Part shown: positions 59,769 through 64,000 of the stretch, piece by piece | Layout of the letters: every line of letters starts with the position of its first letter | Position numbering within the stretch: position 1 is the first letter of the stretch | Assembly: GCA_963708025.1 (NCBI GenBank) | Contig: CAVPSB010000026.1 | Location: 1-64,000 of the forward strand | DNA: 64,000 nucleotides | Direction: 5' to 3' | DNA from: an uncultured Candidatus Rokubacteria bacterium | GTDB taxonomy: Bacteria > Methylomirabilota > Methylomirabilia > Rokubacteriales > DASRDR01 | Program-made: the position numbers and the translations under genes | Notes under the pieces: model-generated | Told to the model about the DNA's origin: nothing | The model's database searches: none | What the model saw: only the letters and a program-made list of their open reading frames with translations

Positions 59769-60340
59769 GGCTGCGTCCCCGAGGGGTCCGGCTTCTTCGG
59801 CATGCCCGGCACCCAGCCGCCCAGCTCGCGGACCAGGTAGACCAGTTCCTCCCGCCAGAGCCGCTGGGTCTGGTCCAGTGTCCCGCCCCCCAGATCGCCC
59901 TGGAGTCGCTTGGTCTGGGCGACGAAGGAGTTGTACGCCTCGCTCCGCTCCTCGAGGTCTCGCACCGGCTTCAGCGCGATCACCCCGCGCCGCGCCTCGA
60001 GCGACGCGACCGGGATGCCGAACTCCGGGGCCGACCTCTCCCGCGGCACCGTCACGTAGCCCGGCTTGTAGACGATCAGCCCCGGCCGGAGGGCCGTCGG
60101 CGGCGCGGCCGCCTCGATCGCCCCCGCCTCCACCCGGAACGCCCCCGTCGCGTCCGTCAGCAGCTCACGCAGGGCGTACAGCACCTCCCCGCCCTGGCTG
60201 GGCACGATCGCCTCCCACCCCACCAGGACCAGCGCGCCCTCGATCGGGCGCTCCGTCAGCAGCTCCACCACCCGCCCCTGGTAGACCTTCGCCGGCGCCG
60301 CTTGCTGGCCCGCGGCCGCCCCGGCCAGGGCCAGGAGCAC
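59765..60340 (-). CDS. Exported carboxypeptidase-regulatory-like domain protein, paralog 2 (start uncertain)
   Basis: YQGRVVELLTERPIEGALVLVGW; ELLTDATGAF; VYKPGY. Confidence 0.72.
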   Translation of the reverse strand: MLLALAGAAAGQQAAPAKVYQGRVVELLTERPIEGALVLVGWEAIVPSQGGEVLYALRELLTDATGAFRVEAGAIEAAAPPTALRPGLIVYKPGYVTVPRERSAPEFGIPVASLEARRGVIALKPVRDLEERSEAYNSFVAQTKRLQGDLGGGTLDQTQRLWREELVYLVRELGGWVPGMPKKPDPSGTQP

Positions 60341-60401
60341 GGCGAGCCCGACCGCGCCGGGTCCCCACCGCCCCGGCTTCCAACGAGCCGCGGGCGGGCG
60401 C

Positions 60402-61001
60402 TCAGAAGGCGAAGAGCCGCCAGGCTCCGAAGCGTGACGGCCGACTTGTTGAATCGTAGTACGCCCGCAGCCCGACCGCGTTCGAGTGGCCCCCGCTGTC
60501 CGCGACTTTCGCGAGGAGCTTGAGCGACAGAACGTCCCCCGGGTTGAATGTCGCGTCAGACACTGCGCCCACCGTCACCAGGATTTCCTTGGCCAGATCT
60601 GGGTTCCGGGTGACGCCTTGGATGGTCTTCGTCTCCCCCGAGGCGATCACCGTCCCGTTCTTGCGGACCTCGGCCCGCACGTCGAAGTACGTGCCCTGAT
60701 CGTCGCTGTTCTTCAAGCCCACCCAGACGTGCACGGCGCTCAGTGAGGCGAGCTGCACGGTCGAGCTCGCCGCCGCCGCGGACCACGTCCCGATCGGCTG
60801 GTAGGTCGTCCGGTTGACGGCCGGAGAGTCCTTGAACTTCGCAGTCGTCCCCGTCGGACTCGTCCCATCCAGGTTGTCTGCCTGGGTGGTATGCAGGAAG
60901 TAGTCAGTTGCCGCGGCGGACCGAGCGCCGATGAGCGCCGTCAACGCGAGCACGCCGAGGGCGGAGATGACCAACCGGCGGGATGGGAGACAGGCCGACA
61001 T
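60402..61001 (-). CDS. Secreted Ser/Thr-rich beta-sandwich protein, possibly the truncated N-terminus of a large surface protein
   Basis: Signal peptide; SD GGGAGG; WVGLKNSDDQGTYFDVRAE; abrupt C-terminus. Confidence 0.65.
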   Translation of the reverse strand: MSACLPSRRLVISALGVLALTALIGARSAAATDYFLHTTQADNLDGTSPTGTTAKFKDSPAVNRTTYQPIGTWSAAAASSTVQLASLSAVHVWVGLKNSDDQGTYFDVRAEVRKNGTVIASGETKTIQGVTRNPDLAKEILVTVGAVSDATFNPGDVLSLKLLAKVADSGGHSNAVGLRAYYDSTSRPSRFGAWRLFAF

Positions 61002-61265
61002 ATAGCCCTCCCCAGCTTCTGATTGATCCGCTCGAAGTGGACGGGATGCTAGCAAGCGTGACCAATCCTGTCAAGCAATTTCAAGTGGATTTCAAGTAGA
61101 TCAGTGTATCGAAACGGATACTCCGCGTCGATCATCACGGACTACTTCGAACGTGGAGCCGGGCGAAGACGAGCAGATCCAGCGGGGAATCACGTGTGGT
61201 CACCACACGTGTCTCGAGGGGACCACATCTTTGGCCGCTGGAGGGTGGTTCGTGGCGCCGGACTG

Positions 61266-61928
61266 ATGGTCCTGATCGTGCTCGGCTCCGCCGCTCCGAT
61301 CCGGGCTCAGACCCTCGCCTCTGGCGCCGAGATCCGCGGCTGGGTCGTCAACGCCGAGACCAGGCAGCCCCTCGAAGGAGTCCACGTCGTCGCCCTCACG
61401 TCCTACTGGACGCTCGTCTCTCCACTTCAAATGCATGAAGGCGAGCACACGACGCTTCACATCAGCGAGGCGGTCACCGGGACGAGCGGCGAGTACTACA
61501 TCCCGGCGTGGGGGCCCAAGCTGCGGCCGATCAACGCCTTCCTGGACGATCTCAGCCCGCGGCTGACGTACTTCAGGCCGGGATACCGGCTGCTCGGCCG
61601 CAGTAATTCTGGTGCTCCCGACACGAGCCTTTCGCGAACCTCGACGTGGTCCGGCCACACGATGGAGCTCGAGCCGTTTCGCGGCACGCCGGAAGAGTGC
61701 GCTCGGAGTCTCCGAGGCCTTCAAGGCAGTCTCGGGTGGCGTGATGAAGGCGGCGCCATCTCCCTGTTCAGGAGCGATCACTGGAAGCAGGTGCCGCGGA
61801 CCGAGCTAACCATCCTGGAGGAGCGGCGTCAGCTGCCGGCGCGGGTGAGGCCGGGGGTCCTGGATGTCAACGCGGCGACCGAGGCCGAGATGCGAAAGCG
61901 TGTGGGCCAAGGAGCTTCTTCCCGATGA
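61266..61928 (+). CDS. Exported carboxypeptidase-regulatory-like domain protein, paralog 3 (start uncertain)
   Basis: IRGWVVNAETRQPLEGVHVVA; EAVTGTSGEYYIPAW; YFRPGY. Confidence 0.7.
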   Translation: MVLIVLGSAAPIRAQTLASGAEIRGWVVNAETRQPLEGVHVVALTSYWTLVSPLQMHEGEHTTLHISEAVTGTSGEYYIPAWGPKLRPINAFLDDLSPRLTYFRPGYRLLGRSNSGAPDTSLSRTSTWSGHTMELEPFRGTPEECARSLRGLQGSLGWRDEGGAISLFRSDHWKQVPRTELTILEERRQLPARVRPGVLDVNAATEAEMRKRVGQGASSR

Positions 61929-61929
61929 G

Positions 61930-62056
61930 AAGGAACCGCGTCAGCCCGGCCCACAGCCCTGGCATGTAGGTGATCGCCTTGCCGAGACTGCTCTCGGGCA
62001 GGACCCGTTGCGCCAGGGCCCGGGCGCGGATCTCGCCGCCCATCCCACGGGACTGC
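61930..62056 (-). mobile_element. IS66-family transposase (TnpC) fragment
   Basis: Minus strand EIRARALAQRVLPESSLGKAITYMPGLWAGLTRFL, matching the LPxSxLGKAIxY...W..LTRF motif. Confidence 0.7.
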
Positions 62057-62109
62057 CCACCCGTAGGCGATTCCCGGCGCGTCGAACGACCCGGTCGAGT
62101 AGCCGGCAG

Positions 62110-63498
62110 CTACACCGGCGGCCGGCGCGTGTGCCAGTCGGTGGCCTGCTGGTACGCGTGGCCGACGCGGAGCACCGTCGCCTCGTCGAACGCGCGGCCC
62201 GCGAGCTGGAGCGACAGCGGGAGCCCGCTGGACGCGAATCCGCTCGGCAGGGCCAGAGCGGGGAGCCCGGTCACGTTGAACGGGGCGGTGTTGCTCTTCG
62301 GGAAGCCGAAATCCGGGTCGAACGCCTTCACGAACGGCGGGGCCGGGCCGAGCATCGGCGTGGTGGCGAGCACGTCCACCGTTTTCAGCACGTCGTTCAT
62401 GTCCGCCCGCAGGCGGGCGCGCAGGCGCTGCGCCTGGACATACTCGCCGGCGGTGAGGAGCCCGCCCGCCTGGAACCGCTCGCGGAGCACGTCGCCGAAG
62501 AGCCCCGGGCGCTCGCGCAAGTCGCGCTCGTGGTAGGCGAACGCCTCGGCCAGCAGGATGACCATGAACGCGGGCGCGGTGTGGATGCTCGGGATCTCGA
62601 CCTCGCGCACCGTCGCGCCGAGCTGGTCGAGCGTCCGCATCGACTGCTCGAACGCCGCGCCGTTTTCCGAGTCGACGCCGTCGAAGAAGTAGGCGCGCGG
62701 CACGCCGACGCGGAGGCCGCGGACCCCCTGCCCGAGCGGCGTCACGTAGTCGTCGACGGGCCGCGAGCTGCTGGCGGGATCCGCGGGGTCGTGGCCCGCC
62801 AGCACCTGCAGCAGCAGCGCGCAGTCCTCGACGGTGCGGGCCATCGGACCCGTGTGGTCGAGCGTCCACGAGAGCGTGACGACCCCGGCGCGGCTCACGC
62901 GGCCGTAGGTGGGCTTGAGGCCGGCGATGGCGCAGAACGCGGCCGGCCCCCGGATCGACCCGCCGGTGTCCGAGCCCGTCGCGCCCGCGAGCAGGCCGGC
63001 CGCCAGCGCCGCGCCCGACCCGCTCGACGAGCCGCCGGGCATGTGCTCCACGTTCCACGGGTTCCTCGCGGCCGGGTAGCGATGCCCCGGGAGCTGGATG
63101 CCCATCGCGAACTCGTGCGTGATGAGCTTGCCCATCATGACCGCGCCGGCCTGTTGGAGGCGCGTCACGCAGGTCGCGTCGGCGTCGGGCACCCAGTCGG
63201 CGAGCACGGCGGAACCGGCCGTCGTCAGCACGCCGCGCGTCGCGTAGATGTCCTTGTAGCCGACCGGGATGCCGAGGAGCGGGCTCGCCGCCTCGCCCCG
63301 CTGCAGCTTCGCCTCCGCCGCCTGCGCCTCGGCGAGCGCGCGCTCGGCCGTGAGGGTGACGAAGCAGTGGAGGGTCGGCTCCAGGCGCTCGATGCGCGCG
63401 AGGAGCGTCCGGACCAGCTCGACGGGGGAGACCTCCTTGCGCCGGAACAGCCGGCCGAGCTCGGCGATGCCGGCGTAGGCGAGCGCCTCGGCGTTCAT
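62110..63498 (-). CDS. Amidase signature family protein (GatA/AtzE-like)
   Basis: GYKD, GGSSSGS, GSDTGGSIRGPA, GLKPTYG. Confidence 0.9.
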   Translation of the reverse strand: MNAEALAYAGIAELGRLFRRKEVSPVELVRTLLARIERLEPTLHCFVTLTAERALAEAQAAEAKLQRGEAASPLLGIPVGYKDIYATRGVLTTAGSAVLADWVPDADATCVTRLQQAGAVMMGKLITHEFAMGIQLPGHRYPAARNPWNVEHMPGGSSSGSGAALAAGLLAGATGSDTGGSIRGPAAFCAIAGLKPTYGRVSRAGVVTLSWTLDHTGPMARTVEDCALLLQVLAGHDPADPASSSRPVDDYVTPLGQGVRGLRVGVPRAYFFDGVDSENGAAFEQSMRTLDQLGATVREVEIPSIHTAPAFMVILLAEAFAYHERDLRERPGLFGDVLRERFQAGGLLTAGEYVQAQRLRARLRADMNDVLKTVDVLATTPMLGPAPPFVKAFDPDFGFPKSNTAPFNVTGLPALALPSGFASSGLPLSLQLAGRAFDEATVLRVGHAYQQATDWHTRRPPV

Positions 63499-63671
63499 GA
63501 CCCGGCCTCGAAGGTGACCGCCGGCTCCAGGGTCTTCACGGCGCGGGTGTCCATCGCCTGGACGGGCGCCAGCGCGTTTTCCAGCAGCACGCGGACCATC
63601 TCGAGCCGGTTCTCGGCGATCTCGATCCCGGCCGCCTTCATCCGCGCGCGCACCTCGTCGATCGTCAGCAT
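63495..63671 (-). CDS. Small amidase partner protein (GatC/AtzG/HpxX-like, 58 aa)
   Basis: SD AGGAGG; helical; EPAVTF end; stop overlaps the amidase ATG. Confidence 0.65.
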   Translation of the reverse strand: MLTIDEVRARMKAAGIEIAENRLEMVRVLLENALAPVQAMDTRAVKTLEPAVTFEAGS

Positions 63672-63683
63672 CGGTGGTCCTCC

Positions 63684-63817
63684 TGTTTGGAACCTCCCGC
63701 CCACCCCCCCAGCCCCCCTCCCGTCTGACGGGATCGCCGGGACGGCTCGGGCCTGCGGCCCTCGCGACGTCCCGTCCCTCCGGTGGGCACCGGGGGGAGG
63801 GGGGAGCCGGAGAACCC
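63684..63817 (-). repeat. Family A repeat, long form (inverted copy of 29755-29888)
   Basis: Minus strand GGGCC-GCA-GGCCC...GGGAGGGGGGCTGGGGGGGTGGGCGGGAGGT. Confidence 0.85.
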
Positions 63818-63839
63818 ATTCATTCACACGCTCTCGTGA

Positions 63840-64000
63840 CTACAGGCCCTGCCAGTAGCGGCGTCCCTGCAGGCGCACGATCCGCCCGAAGCCGGGCGCC
63901 GGGAAGTGACCGGCGGCCACCAGGATCTCCTCCCGCTCCAGGCGCTCCACCAGGGCCCGCCGGGTCTGGCGGGTCAGCTCCGGGTCCATGTCGGCCCGGG
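63840..64000 (-). CDS. MBL-fold metallo-hydrolase, C-terminal part (runs off the window)
   Basis: DMDPELTRQTRRALVE...AGHFPAPGFGRI..WQGL*. Confidence 0.7.
   Translation of the reverse strand, partial: RADMDPELTRQTRRALVERLEREEILVAAGHFPAPGFGRIVRLQGRRYWQGL

Noticed and set aside
61045-61065. Sigma54 promoter on the minus strand
   Set aside because: GG-GC spacing is 8 or 12, not 10
62110-63671. gatC-gatA of the tRNA amidotransferase
   Set aside because: No gatB downstream and the partner is only 58 aa

Overview
High-GC bacterial window. The gene repertoire (orphan PF04392-type ABC substrate-binding genes, zinc ribbon-cyclase-AAA-TPR proteins, lpxC, ntrYX) suggests Ca. Rokubacteria/Methylomirabilota; this is inference only. 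Left to right: (1) an HTH/beta-propeller/DUF899/DUF2182 module ending in a serine-recombinase remnant; (2) a divergent IMPDH/GMPR, a cupin and gene scraps; (3) two divergently oriented class III cyclase-AAA-TPR genes flanking a glycosyltransferase/methyltransferase/amidotransferase island; (4) aidB-like ACAD, desaturase-cfa, formamidase, metE2, asd, SDR, M23-bactofilin; (5) prmA-rsmE-archease, sigma54-type lpxC, DUF4390-ntrY-ntrX; (6) a ~14-kb ureide/purine-type catabolic operon (GGT-like, DUF2877, FdrA, PucG-like, DUF1116, carbamate kinase, racemase-like, M42, double deaminase); (7) a secreted Zn-phospholipase C/P1-like protein with three paralogous small exported proteins next to an IS66 scrap; (8) an amidase with a small partner. 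Most notable: an orphan substrate-binding gene inserted cassette-like between 20-bp direct repeats matching its own 3' end, the putative effector/immunity locus, and two families of intergenic palindromic repeats with GNA-triloop hairpins. Several single-base frameshifts probably reflect assembly errors. No rRNA, tRNA or CRISPR array was seen. All family assignments are from motif recognition, not database searches.
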